From: Symbiobacterium sp. | GTDB lineage: Bacteria; Bacillota; Sulfobacillia; UBA995; UBA9673 | Length of the DNA stretch: 64,000 nucleotides | Assembly (NCBI GenBank): GCA_020725405.1 | Contig: DYFB01000037.1 | Coordinates: forward strand, 8,760 to 72,759 | Direction: 5' to 3' | Shown: in pieces, positions 51,745 through 60,224 of the stretch | Layout of the letters: each line of letters starts with the position of its first letter | How positions within the stretch are numbered: the stretch's first letter is position 1 | Made by a program: the position numbers and the translations under genes | The notes under the pieces: generated by a model | The model's input: only the letters and a program-made list of their open reading frames with translations | Databases searched by the model: none | What the model was told of the DNA's origin: nothing

Positions 51745-51772
51745 TCCGGCCGGTCGGAATGACCCGGCCGGA
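51745..51772 (+). terminator. Hairpin after dacF
   Basis: tccggccgg / ccggccgga 9-bp stem. Confidence 0.45.
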
Positions 51773-51828
51773 CCTCCCCCGTCGCCGCCTTTCCGGCCGC
51801 GGCCCTGACCCTGGGTGGCCAGGGCGGG

Positions 51829-51853
51829 AGGAAGATTCTTCCTCGCGGCGAAC
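51829..51853 (+). promoter_or_regulatory. Candidate sigma-H promoter of spoIIA
   Basis: AGGA-N17-GAAC; spoIIA is sigma-H/Spo0A controlled in model organisms. Confidence 0.45.
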
Positions 51854-51871
51854 ACACCCAGCTAGGGAAGG

Positions 51872-52255
51872 GTGGTGGCGCCGTTGGACATCACGAGCCA
51901 GAGGGCCGGAGACATCCTCGTCGTCCGCGCCCGGGGCGAACTCGATCTCGACACCAGCCGGGAGTTCCGTCTTCGGGTGGACGCCGACCTCGACCGGTTC
52001 GGGAGCCGGGACCTCGTGCTCGACCTGGCGGGAGTAACCTTCCTCGACAGCTCCGGGCTCGGGGCCATCCTGGGCCGCTATAAGAAGGTGGCCGAGAACG
52101 GCGGGCGTCTGGCCCTGGCCGGGTTCGCGCCGCACGTCGGGAGGCTTCTTGAGCTGTCCGGGATCATGCGCATCGTCGGGTCCTACCCAACGGTCGAGGA
52201 CGCCCTGCGGGACCTCGGCGGAACGCTTCCGGCGGCGGGGGGTGGCCGGCCGTGA
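51872..52255 (+). CDS. spoIIAA: Anti-anti-sigma-F factor
   Basis: GELDL, DLAGVTFLDSSGLGAILGRYK, ELSG. Confidence 0.96.
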   Translation: MVAPLDITSQRAGDILVVRARGELDLDTSREFRLRVDADLDRFGSRDLVLDLAGVTFLDSSGLGAILGRYKKVAENGGRLALAGFAPHVGRLLELSGIMRIVGSYPTVEDALRDLGGTLPAAGGGRP

Positions 52256-52755
52256 GCCAGGGTGCGCCGCCGGCGGGAGGCGGGTCGAACTGGATGAGGC
52301 TGGAGCTTCCGGCCCTCCCGGAGAACGCCGCCCTCGTTCGGGTCGCTGTGGGGTGCCTCGCCGCTCAGCTCGAGTTCACCCTGGCCGAGATAGAGGAGAT
52401 CCGGGTGGCCGCCTCCGAGGCCTTCTCCAACGCCGTTCTGCACGCCTATCCCGGGTCCCCGCCGGGCGACCGGAGCGTGACGGTGGAAGCCCGTCTGGAG
52501 AACGGCCTTCTCGAAGTCAGCGTCGCCGACCGGGGCGTGGGTATCGCCGACCTGGAGCAGGCTAGGAGGCCGTCCTACACGACCCTCCCGGACCGGATGG
52601 GTCTCGGCTTCGTTTTCATGGAGACCTTCATGGACGAGGTGACCGTGAGGACTTCGGTCGGCTCCGGAACGCGGGTCGTCCTCCGGAAGAGGCCGGCCGG
52701 GCGGGGCCCGGCGGAGACGCCGGACGAGGTGCCGTCTGAGGGGTCCGGCGGGTAA
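52252..52755 (+). CDS. spoIIAB: Anti-sigma-F factor / kinase
   Basis: EIRVAASEAFSNAV.HAY, D.GVGI.D..QAR.P.YTT, GLGF.FME.FMD. Confidence 0.96.
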   Translation: MSQGAPPAGGGSNWMRLELPALPENAALVRVAVGCLAAQLEFTLAEIEEIRVAASEAFSNAVLHAYPGSPPGDRSVTVEARLENGLLEVSVADRGVGIADLEQARRPSYTTLPDRMGLGFVFMETFMDEVTVRTSVGSGTRVVLRKRPAGRGPAETPDEVPSEGSGG

Positions 52756-52769
52756 CGGGGGGTGCCGTC

Positions 52770-53600
52770 ATGGGACCGTCCAGCGAGGGCTCGCGTCCCC
52801 GGCCCACCGCGCCCCTGCCACCGGAGGAGCTCGATCAGGCCCTTGTCCGCGCGCGGGCCGGCGACGAAGACGCCCGCCGGGAGGTCGTCCAGTCCCACCT
52901 TCGCCTGGTCTGGGACATAGTCCGGCGCTTCCGCCACCGGGCTGAGGACCCCGATGACCTCTTCCAGCTGGGATGCCTTGGCCTGGTGAAGGCCCTTGAC
53001 CGCTTCGACCCCTCCTACGGGACACGCTTTTCGACCTACGCGGTGCCGCTCATCCTCGGAGAGATACGGCGGTTCTTGCGGGACGACTCCCCCGTCCGAG
53101 TCCCGCGGCGGGTGAAGGAGCTTGCCTACCGGGCCTGGCAGACCCAGGAGGAGATGACCAAAGCCGCCGGGCGCCCCCCCTCAGCCGCTGAGCTGGCTAG
53201 AGCCCTCGGTGTGGAGGCCGCGGACGTCGTCGAGGCTCTCGAGGCCGCCCGAACTCCGGTCTCTCTCTTCCACGGGTCCGGGGAAGAGACGGAAGACAAC
53301 CCGATCAGTCTGATCGACCAGGTTGCCGTCGCGGGAAGCGAGGGGGTGGTCGTCCCGGCCACCCGGGCGCCCCCGGCGGGCCACGAGGAGGCGGCGCTCC
53401 TCGAGTCGGTCGCCCTCCACGAGGCCCTCTCGCGCCTGGACGAGAAGACGCGGGACCTCATTCGCCTGCGCTTTTTCGAGGACCGAACCCAAGCCGAGGT
53501 GGGCGCCCTTCTCGGTGTCTCCCAGGTCCAGGTCTCGCGTCTGGAGAAGCAGGCCCTCCTCCGGCTACGGCACATGCTCGCCCCCGACCGACCCAGGTGA
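52770..53600 (+). CDS. sigF: RNA polymerase sporulation sigma factor F
   Basis: DDLFQLGC.GL.KA.D.FD..Y...FSTYAVP.I.GEIRRFLRDD, TQ.EV...LG.SQVQVSRLEK. Confidence 0.97.
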   Translation: MGPSSEGSRPRPTAPLPPEELDQALVRARAGDEDARREVVQSHLRLVWDIVRRFRHRAEDPDDLFQLGCLGLVKALDRFDPSYGTRFSTYAVPLILGEIRRFLRDDSPVRVPRRVKELAYRAWQTQEEMTKAAGRPPSAAELARALGVEAADVVEALEAARTPVSLFHGSGEETEDNPISLIDQVAVAGSEGVVVPATRAPPAGHEEAALLESVALHEALSRLDEKTRDLIRLRFFEDRTQAEVGALLGVSQVQVSRLEKQALLRLRHMLAPDRPR

Positions 53601-53664
53601 GACGCGCGCTCGCCCCGCACCTAGTCGCTTGAGACGCGCGCTCGGCTCCCTACCGACCCCTCCC

Positions 53665-53694
53665 GGTTAAGGGCAGGCCCTCCCGGGCATACTC
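53665..53694 (+). promoter_or_regulatory. Candidate sigma-G/F promoter of the spoVA operon
   Basis: GGTTA-N18-CATACTC. Confidence 0.55.
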
Positions 53695-53721
53695 CGTTGA
53701 GAGTCTCTCGGGAGGGGACCC

Positions 53722-54123
53722 ATGCCGGCCTGGACGGAAGGGCGTCTGAAGACCCTCATCTTCGTGGCCCTTCTTGTGGTCGCCCTCGCCGTTCTGGCGT
53801 CCCTCCTCTACTTCCGGGCCGGGCGGCGGGTCCCGGAGGGGGCGGAGATAGTCTTGGGACACGGCTGGACGGAGAGAGGCCCGGGCCACCGCCAGCGCGC
53901 GGTGGACCTTCTTGAGGACCTGAGGTCTCTCTGGGAGCTCGACGACCTCATCCTCGGCGGGTCCCGACCGGAGTCCGGGCGGGACTGGGCCGAGCCCTGG
54001 ATAGGCGGTGTCCTGGCCGTCCCCGGGCTCAGGCCTGGTCGGCGCGGTCCCGGCCGCCGGACCCGAACCAAGACATCAGCAGGGAAGGGGCGTAACAGCG
54101 GTGACAGTGGTCAAGGTTCTTGA
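53722..54123 (+). CDS. Hypothetical single-TM protein heading the spoVA operon
   Basis: GGAGGGG SD, N-terminal TM; C-terminus low-complexity and overlapping the next gene. Confidence 0.55.
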   Translation: MPAWTEGRLKTLIFVALLVVALAVLASLLYFRAGRRVPEGAEIVLGHGWTERGPGHRQRAVDLLEDLRSLWELDDLILGGSRPESGRDWAEPWIGGVLAVPGLRPGRRGPGRRTRTKTSAGKGRNSGDSGQGS

Positions 54124-54325
54124 GCTCGTCGGCGAGTCGAGCCAGAGCTGGCAGGACGCGGCCAACCAGGCCGTGGTTGAAGCCGCCCGGACGGTGGACA
54201 ACATCACCGGGGTCGAGGTCTGCAACTGGACGGCCAACGTGGACCAGGGCCGGATAACCAACTACAAGGCCAACGTCAGGGTGGCTTTCGTGGTCGACGG
54301 AAACCGGCGCAAGGCCAAGGTCTGA
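54101..54325 (+). CDS. Dodecin-family flavin/CoA-binding protein
   Basis: VKVLELVGES..SW.DA...AV.EA..TV.NI.GVEV....A.V..G.I..YK..V..AF. Confidence 0.88.
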   Translation: MTVVKVLELVGESSQSWQDAANQAVVEAARTVDNITGVEVCNWTANVDQGRITNYKANVRVAFVVDGNRRKAKV

Positions 54326-54333
54326 GAGGCGGT

Positions 54334-54798
54334 ATGGTCGAGGCCACCCGGGAACAGGCCGAGGACTACCGTCGCCTGGTGACCCGCTTCGGTCGCAGGC
54401 CGGCCATTCTGCGCAACGCGGTATGGGCCTTCCTGGTCGGGGGGACCATCTGTGCCGTCGGTCAGTTCTTCCTGGGGCTCTTCCTGCTCCGGGGGATGCC
54501 CCTCAAGGAAGCCACCGTACCCGCGGCGAGCACCATGATCGCCATAGGCGCCATCCTCACGGGCTTGGGGGTCTACGACAAGCTCGGTCGCCGGGCGGGT
54601 ATGGGGGCGGCCCTGCCCATCACCGGGTTCGCCAACGCCATCGTGGCTCCGGCCATGGAGTTCCGGCGGGAAGGTCTCCTTCTCGGGGTGGGGGCGAGGC
54701 TCTTCCAGATCGCCGGCCCGGTCATCGTCTACGCCCTGGCCGCGGCCCTCCTCGTGGCCGTGGTCAGGATCCTCGTGGCCGGCCCTCCGGGAAGCTGA
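54334..54798 (+). CDS. spoVAC: Stage V sporulation protein AC
   Basis: AFLVGG.IC..GQ, LTGLGVYD, GAALPITGFAN, EG...GVG..LF..AGPVI. Confidence 0.96.
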   Translation: MVEATREQAEDYRRLVTRFGRRPAILRNAVWAFLVGGTICAVGQFFLGLFLLRGMPLKEATVPAASTMIAIGAILTGLGVYDKLGRRAGMGAALPITGFANAIVAPAMEFRREGLLLGVGARLFQIAGPVIVYALAAALLVAVVRILVAGPPGS

Positions 54799-54799
54799 A

Positions 54800-55813
54800 A
54801 TGACGGTCAAGAAGAACGGTCAGACCCTGGTTTTCTCCAATCCTCCCGCGGTCCTGGCGACGGCGGCTGTCGTCGGGCCGAAAGAGGGCGAAGGCCCTCT
54901 CTCGGGCTGGTTCGACGTGGTCAAGCCCGACCGGCTCCTCGGGATGAAGAGCTGGGAGCGGGCCGAGTGCAAGATGGTCGAGGAGGCCGTCACTCTGGCG
55001 CTGGGCAAGGCCAAGGTGGCCCACAAGGACCTCGACTTCTATCTCGGAGGGGACCTCCTGCACCAGATAATCACGAGCTCCTTCGCGGCCAGGAGCATCG
55101 ACGTGCCTTTCTTCGGGCTTTACGGGGCCTGCGCGACCATCGCCGAGGCCCTCTGTCTTGCGGCCGTTCTCGTCGACGGCGGGTTTGCGACCCACGTCGC
55201 CCTCGCGTCATCGAGCCACCATGACACCGCCGAGCGCCAGTTCCGCTTCCCCACGGAGTTCGGCGTGCAACGCCCGGTGACGGCCCAGTACACGGTCACG
55301 GCGGTCGGGGCGGCGGTCGTCGGTCCGCCCGGGAAGGGAAAAATGCAGATAACCCACGCGACCGTCGGCCGGGTCGTCGATTACGGGCAGAAGGACCCCA
55401 TGGATCTCGGGGCGGCGATGGCCCCGGCGGCCGCGGACACCATCCTGGCCCACTTCCAGGACACCGGTCGGGCCCCGGAGAGCTACGACCTCATCCTGAC
55501 GGGCGATCTCGCCTCAGTGGGCCACCCGCTGTGCGTCGAGCTCCTCCGGCGGGCGGGGCTGGTCCTCGACGGTCGGTTCGTCGACTGCGGGATGATGCTC
55601 TACGACGAGACCCAGGAGACCGTCGCCGGCGGGAGCGGGTGCGGCTGCTCGGCTTCGGTCTTCGCCGGCTATCTCGCCCGGAACCTCGAGCAGGGCAAGT
55701 TCAGGCGGATCCTCCTCGTGGCTACCGGCGCCCTGCACAGCACGACCTCGGCCCAGCAGGGCGAGTCCATCCCGTGCATCGCTCACGCCATCGTCGTTGA
55801 AAGGAGCGGGTAG
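54800..55813 (+). CDS. spoVAD: Stage V sporulation protein AD (dipicolinate-binding)
   Basis: GPKEGEGPL, SWERAE, GGDLL.Q, GLYGAC.T, SSH..TAERQFRFPTE.G.Q, GGSGCGCSA, IP.IAHA. Confidence 0.97.
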   Translation: MTVKKNGQTLVFSNPPAVLATAAVVGPKEGEGPLSGWFDVVKPDRLLGMKSWERAECKMVEEAVTLALGKAKVAHKDLDFYLGGDLLHQIITSSFAARSIDVPFFGLYGACATIAEALCLAAVLVDGGFATHVALASSSHHDTAERQFRFPTEFGVQRPVTAQYTVTAVGAAVVGPPGKGKMQITHATVGRVVDYGQKDPMDLGAAMAPAAADTILAHFQDTGRAPESYDLILTGDLASVGHPLCVELLRRAGLVLDGRFVDCGMMLYDETQETVAGGSGCGCSASVFAGYLARNLEQGKFRRILLVATGALHSTTSAQQGESIPCIAHAIVVERSG

Positions 55814-55817
55814 GCAA

Positions 55818-56180
55818 GTGAGCCCTGCGAGCTTCGTCATCGCTTTCCTCGTCGGCGGCGCTATCTGTCTTCTGGCCCAGCTCACTCTGGACCTTGCAAG
55901 GAACCTGACGGCCGCCCACGTCATGGTCCTGTTCGTTGTGCTCGGGGCTGTGGCGAGCGGACTCGGCCTCTATGAGCCTCTGGTCGAGTTCTCCGGAGCG
56001 GGGGCGGCCATACCCCTGCCCGCCTTCGGGCACGCTCTGGTCCAGGGGATGCTCAAGGGAGCCGCCCAGCAGGGCGCCGGAGGGCTCCTGTCCGGGGGGC
56101 TCACGGCCGCGGCCATGGGTCTGACCGTGGCCATCGTCATCGGCCTCCTCATGGCCCTCGTCGCCCGCCCCCAGGGCTGA
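55818..56180 (+). CDS. spoVAE: Stage V sporulation protein AE (SpoVAEb type)
   Basis: AFLVGGAICL.AQ, LYEPL..FSGAGA.IPLP.FG. Confidence 0.93.
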   Translation: MSPASFVIAFLVGGAICLLAQLTLDLARNLTAAHVMVLFVVLGAVASGLGLYEPLVEFSGAGAAIPLPAFGHALVQGMLKGAAQQGAGGLLSGGLTAAAMGLTVAIVIGLLMALVARPQG

Positions 56181-56208
56181 GCCCATCTCGCGCGGGAGGT
56201 GGAGGACG

Positions 56209-57801
56209 TTGCGGAAAGAGCTCGGCGAGACGGGCAGGCTGACGAGGGACCTCGAGGAGAACCTGGCCCGGCTCCGGGAAGTCCTGGGGGCCGGGGAAAG
56301 CTTCGACGTCATCGTCAGGGAGTTCGTCATCGGGGGCCGGAGGGCGGCCCTCCTGTTCATCGACGGGTTCGCCAAGGACGATGTCCTGACCAACGTCCTC
56401 CGGCCGCTTCTCTCGGCCGCGCGGGAAGAACTCACCCCGGTCCCCCTGGAGGCCGTCCTCGACCGGTTCCTCCCCTACATCGAGGTCGACCGGGCGAGAG
56501 ACCTCGACGAGGTCGTCGAAGCCGTCCTTTCCGGACCGCTGGCCCTGCTTCTCGACGGCTCGGACGAGGCGGCTCTGATCGACGCCCGGCAGTACCCCGC
56601 CCGGAGCCCGGAGGAGCCCGAGCTCGAGCGGGTCCTCCGCGGCTCGCGGGACGGGTTCGTCGAGACCCTTGTCTTCAACACCGCTCTCATTCGGCGCCGG
56701 GTGCGCGACCCCGACCTGCGGGTCGAGCTCCTTTCGGTGGGCAAGAGGTCAAGGTCGGACATCGCCGTCATCTACATTAAGGACATCGCCAACGCCGACC
56801 TCGTCGCGGCGGTACGGGGGCGGATCGAGGAGATCAGGGCCGAGGCGGTGCCGATGGCCGAGAAGACCTTAGAGGAATACGTTCTCGGGGCGCGCTCCTG
56901 GTGGAACCCGTTTCCGCTCGTCCGCTACACCGAGAGACCTGACGTGGCCGCCGCCCATCTCTTCGAGGGTCACGTCCTCGTCGCCGTCGACACGTCGCCG
57001 AGCCTCATCATCCTCCCCACGACCTTCTTCCACCACCTCCAGCACGCCGAGGAGTACCGGGAGAACGTCGTGGTGGGTGCCTATCTCCGGCTCGTGCGGT
57101 TTCTCGGCATCGCCATCTCCTGGGTCGGCCCGCCGCTGTGGCTGGCGGCGGCCCTCAACCGGCACGTCCTCCCCGCCTGGCTGCAGTTCGTCGGCCCCCG
57201 GGAGCCCGGGAACATCCCGCTCGCCTTGCAGTTCGTCATGGCCGAGGTCGGGCTCGACCTCATCCGCCTGGCCCTCATCCACGTGCCGACGGCGCTCGGA
57301 ACGGCCCTCGGCTTCATCGGGGCCATCATCCTGGGGGACATCGCCGCGGAGGTGGGGCTGTTCGCCACCGAGGTCGTCCTCTACGTGGCCCTGGCGGCTC
57401 TCGGCACCTTCGCCACGCCGAGTCTGGAGTTCGCGATGGCCGTCAGGCTCAGCCGCCTTTTCCTCCTGGTTCTGGGCGGGCTCTTCGGCTTCGTCGGCCT
57501 CGGCGTCGGCCTCGCCGCCCAGGCCGCCCTCCTCTTGACGACCCGGTCGTTCAGGGTCCCCTACATGTGGCCGCTCGTGCCCTTCAACGCGGCCGCGCTC
57601 TTCGGCACCATCGTCCGCAAGCCCGTTCCTCTCAGGACGGTGCGTCCCTCGATCCTGAAGACCGCCGATCCGACCCTCGCCCAGTCGGGCGGGTCGCGGG
57701 AGGAGAGCGACGAGGGTGACGCGGGGTCGGACGGCGCTCCGGGGGACGGTGGGGGGTCGCGTCGGAACGGCGGGACCGGACGGGGTGGAGGCGGCCGGTG
57801 A
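56209..57801 (+). CDS. spoVAF: SpoVAF / GerA-family protein
   Basis: R.YPAR..EEPE.E.V.RGSRDGFVET...N.ALIRRR.RD, YTERPD, P.AL.TA.G..GA..LG. Confidence 0.9.
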   Translation: MRKELGETGRLTRDLEENLARLREVLGAGESFDVIVREFVIGGRRAALLFIDGFAKDDVLTNVLRPLLSAAREELTPVPLEAVLDRFLPYIEVDRARDLDEVVEAVLSGPLALLLDGSDEAALIDARQYPARSPEEPELERVLRGSRDGFVETLVFNTALIRRRVRDPDLRVELLSVGKRSRSDIAVIYIKDIANADLVAAVRGRIEEIRAEAVPMAEKTLEEYVLGARSWWNPFPLVRYTERPDVAAAHLFEGHVLVAVDTSPSLIILPTTFFHHLQHAEEYRENVVVGAYLRLVRFLGIAISWVGPPLWLAAALNRHVLPAWLQFVGPREPGNIPLALQFVMAEVGLDLIRLALIHVPTALGTALGFIGAIILGDIAAEVGLFATEVVLYVALAALGTFATPSLEFAMAVRLSRLFLLVLGGLFGFVGLGVGLAAQAALLLTTRSFRVPYMWPLVPFNAAALFGTIVRKPVPLRTVRPSILKTADPTLAQSGGSREESDEGDAGSDGAPGDGGGSRRNGGTGRGGGGR

Positions 57802-58889
57802 GCGCGAACGGACTCCCCCGCCTTGGCTCGGGCGCGGTCGTGGGCCTGCCCAGGGCTCTCCTGCACTACGAGCTGTACCCCTTCTGGCGGGTGCTCTTCG
57901 AGAGACTCGGGCTCAAGGTCGTGGTCTCGCCCCCGACCACGCGCGACCTTATCGAGCAGGGGGCGCGCCGGAGCGTCGACGAGGCCTGCCTTCCGGTCAA
58001 GGCTTACTACGGCCACGTAATGGCCCTTCGCGACCGGGTCGACGCCGTCTTCCTGCCCCGCCTGGTGAGTCTTCTCCGGGGGACCTACACGTGCCCCAAG
58101 CTTCTCGGCCTGCCGGACATGGTCCGTCACAACGTGGGTCGACTACCGCCGCCTATCATCCTCGACTTCGACGAGACCAAGCGGGGCTCCGGTCTCGGGG
58201 ATGCCGCCCTGGCTCTCGGCCCAAGGCTCGGAAGGACCGGCCGGCAGGCGAGCGAGGCCGTGAAGGCCGCCCTGGAGGCCCTCGGCGTCTTCCGCGCCGC
58301 GCTCTGGGCCGGGCTCTCGTTCGAGGAGGCGGCGGCTCGGGCCACGCAGGGTCCGCTGGCGGACCGCCCGGGCGGCGGACCGAGCGGTGAGGCCCTGCGA
58401 CCCCCGGTCCGGCCGACCGACTGGAGGGAGCCGGCCGCTCTGAACGGCCGCCCCCGCGTGGCCCTGGTCGGCCACGCTTATAACATCTTCGACCCGGGGG
58501 TGAACCTCGACCTCCGCCGCAAGCTGGTCGGTCTCGGGTGCCACATCCTGACCAGTGAGATGCTCAGCCACGAGGAAGTCCAGGCCGAGTCGGAAGCCAT
58601 GCCCAAGGAGATCTTCTGGAGCTCCGGGCGCCGGATAATGGCCGCCGTCAGGCGGTTCCGGCGGGCCGGCTTCGTCGACGGCATCATCCACGTCATCTCC
58701 TTCGCCTGCGGGCCCGACTCCATGGTCGGCGAGATCGCCGAACGGGAGACCAGGCGCGAGTCGGCCCTGCCCTACATGGTTCTGACCATCGACGAGCACA
58801 CGGCGGAGGCCGGGCTGGTGACGCGCCTGGAGGCCTTCGCCGACATGCTCCGGCGCCGGCGCCGGAAGACGGGGGGCGAAGGCCCGTGA
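57798..58889 (+). CDS. Acyl-CoA dehydratase activase-related (DUF2229-like) Fe-S protein
   Basis: GLPRALL.Y...PFW..LF..LG, CLPVK.YYGH, CPK..GLPD, GH.YNI.D, F.CGPD, DEHT..AG..TRLEAF. Confidence 0.75.
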   Translation: MSANGLPRLGSGAVVGLPRALLHYELYPFWRVLFERLGLKVVVSPPTTRDLIEQGARRSVDEACLPVKAYYGHVMALRDRVDAVFLPRLVSLLRGTYTCPKLLGLPDMVRHNVGRLPPPIILDFDETKRGSGLGDAALALGPRLGRTGRQASEAVKAALEALGVFRAALWAGLSFEEAAARATQGPLADRPGGGPSGEALRPPVRPTDWREPAALNGRPRVALVGHAYNIFDPGVNLDLRRKLVGLGCHILTSEMLSHEEVQAESEAMPKEIFWSSGRRIMAAVRRFRRAGFVDGIIHVISFACGPDSMVGEIAERETRRESALPYMVLTIDEHTAEAGLVTRLEAFADMLRRRRRKTGGEGP

Positions 58890-60046
58890 AAGTCACGTTC
58901 GCCCACATGGGCAATCTCTGGATAACGGTGAAGACCATCCTCGAGGACCTGGGGGTCGAGGTCGTCGTCCCGCCCCGGCCGAGCCGCCGCAGCCTGGAGG
59001 TCGGGGTGAGGCACTCGCCCGAGTTTGCCTGCTTCCCCCTCAAGATGAACATCGGCGACTACATCGGGGCCATCGAGAGAGGGGCCGACACCATCGTCAT
59101 GGTCGGCGGCGTTGGTCCCTGCCGCCTGGGTCACTACGCCCAGGTCCAGGCCGAGATACTCCGGGACCTCGGGTACCGGGCCGAGATGGTCATCCTCGAG
59201 CCGCCGCGCGGCCACTTCTCGGCTCTTCTGGACAAGATCCGCTACCTCACCGGCGGCAAGCCAATCTCCCGCGTCGTCCGAGCCCTCCGCTTCGGCTGGG
59301 AGAAGCTCTACGCCCTGGACTGCCTGGACCGGGCCCTGGTGAGGACGAGGCCGCTCGAAGCGGTCCCCGGCGGGGCGGCCGCGGCCCATCGCCGGGCGGT
59401 GGCAGCCGTGGCCGGCGCGGCCGGGGTCGAGGCGACCAGGCGGGCCAGGGACGAAGGCGTGGCCGCCGTTCTGGCCGCCGGAGGCGCGGGCGCTGCCTGG
59501 GAGGACGACGGCGAGGCGGGCGGTGGGCTTCCCGGCCGGAACGGGACCCCTCTCCGCGTGGGCATCGTCGGGGAGATTTTCATGGTCGCCGAACCCTTCG
59601 CCAACCAGGACCTGGAGAGGCGGCTCGGTGAGATGGGTGTGGAGGTGACCCGGGCTCTCTACGTCTCGGACTGGGTCCGCATCAATCTCCTCCTCGACAC
59701 CCTGCGGCTGAGGCGCCGCAGCCGCCAGAGCGTGGTCAAGGAGGCCGCCAGCCCCTATCTGGGTCACTTCGTCGGCGGGGAAGGGCTGGAGAGCGTCGGC
59801 GAGACGGTCCTGTACTCCCGCCAGGGCTACGACGGGGTCATCCACGTGGCCCCGTTCACCTGCATGCCCGAAATCGTCGCCACCAGCCTCCTTCCCGAGG
59901 TCGGGCGGGACCTCGACCTGCCGGTGATGAGTCTGTTCCTGGACGAGCACAGCGGCGAGGCCGGGCTGGCCACGCGTCTCGAGGCTTTCGTCGATCTTCT
60001 GGCCCGGAGGCGGGCCCGCGCCGGCGCCGGCCGCGCGACCCGGTGA
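58886..60046 (+). CDS. 2-hydroxyacyl-CoA dehydratase-like / CoA protein activase-related Fe-S protein
   Basis: FAHMGN, PE.AC.PLK...G, GPCRLG.Y, VGIVGEIF...EP..N, PFTCMPE, DE..GEAG..TRLEAF. Confidence 0.75.
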   Translation: MKVTFAHMGNLWITVKTILEDLGVEVVVPPRPSRRSLEVGVRHSPEFACFPLKMNIGDYIGAIERGADTIVMVGGVGPCRLGHYAQVQAEILRDLGYRAEMVILEPPRGHFSALLDKIRYLTGGKPISRVVRALRFGWEKLYALDCLDRALVRTRPLEAVPGGAAAAHRRAVAAVAGAAGVEATRRARDEGVAAVLAAGGAGAAWEDDGEAGGGLPGRNGTPLRVGIVGEIFMVAEPFANQDLERRLGEMGVEVTRALYVSDWVRINLLLDTLRLRRRSRQSVVKEAASPYLGHFVGGEGLESVGETVLYSRQGYDGVIHVAPFTCMPEIVATSLLPEVGRDLDLPVMSLFLDEHSGEAGLATRLEAFVDLLARRRARAGAGRATR

Positions 60047-60153
60047 GGCGACCGTCGGCGACCCGGTGGGGTGACCGTCGGCGGCCCGGTGAGGTGACCG
60101 TCGGCGGCCCGGTGAGGTGACCGCCGGCGGGCCGGTGAGGTGACCGCCGCCGC
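60039..60153. repeat. 5 x 23-bp intergenic tandem repeat
   Basis: Consensus cccggtgaggtgaccgtcggcgg, units start 60039, 60062, 60085, 60108, 60131. Confidence 0.95.
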
Positions 60154-60224
60154 GCCCGCCCGTGAGGCGTAGGACCACCGCCGGTTGGGAAGACCTACTG
60201 GTCGGGGTGAAGGGAGGTTGGTTC

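Noticed and set aside
49966-51855. 629-aa minus-strand ORF
   Set aside because: Shadow of dacF; only the last 155 aa (DinB-like, own SD) are credible
50503-54096. Shared GACATCA...GGGGCGTAAC motif upstream of dacF (50503) and dodecin (54072)
   Set aside because: Spacing differs by 3 nt and there are only two instances; not distinguishable from chance
60039-60153. Possible CRISPR array
   Set aside because: Units are directly adjacent with no unique spacers, and there are no cas genes
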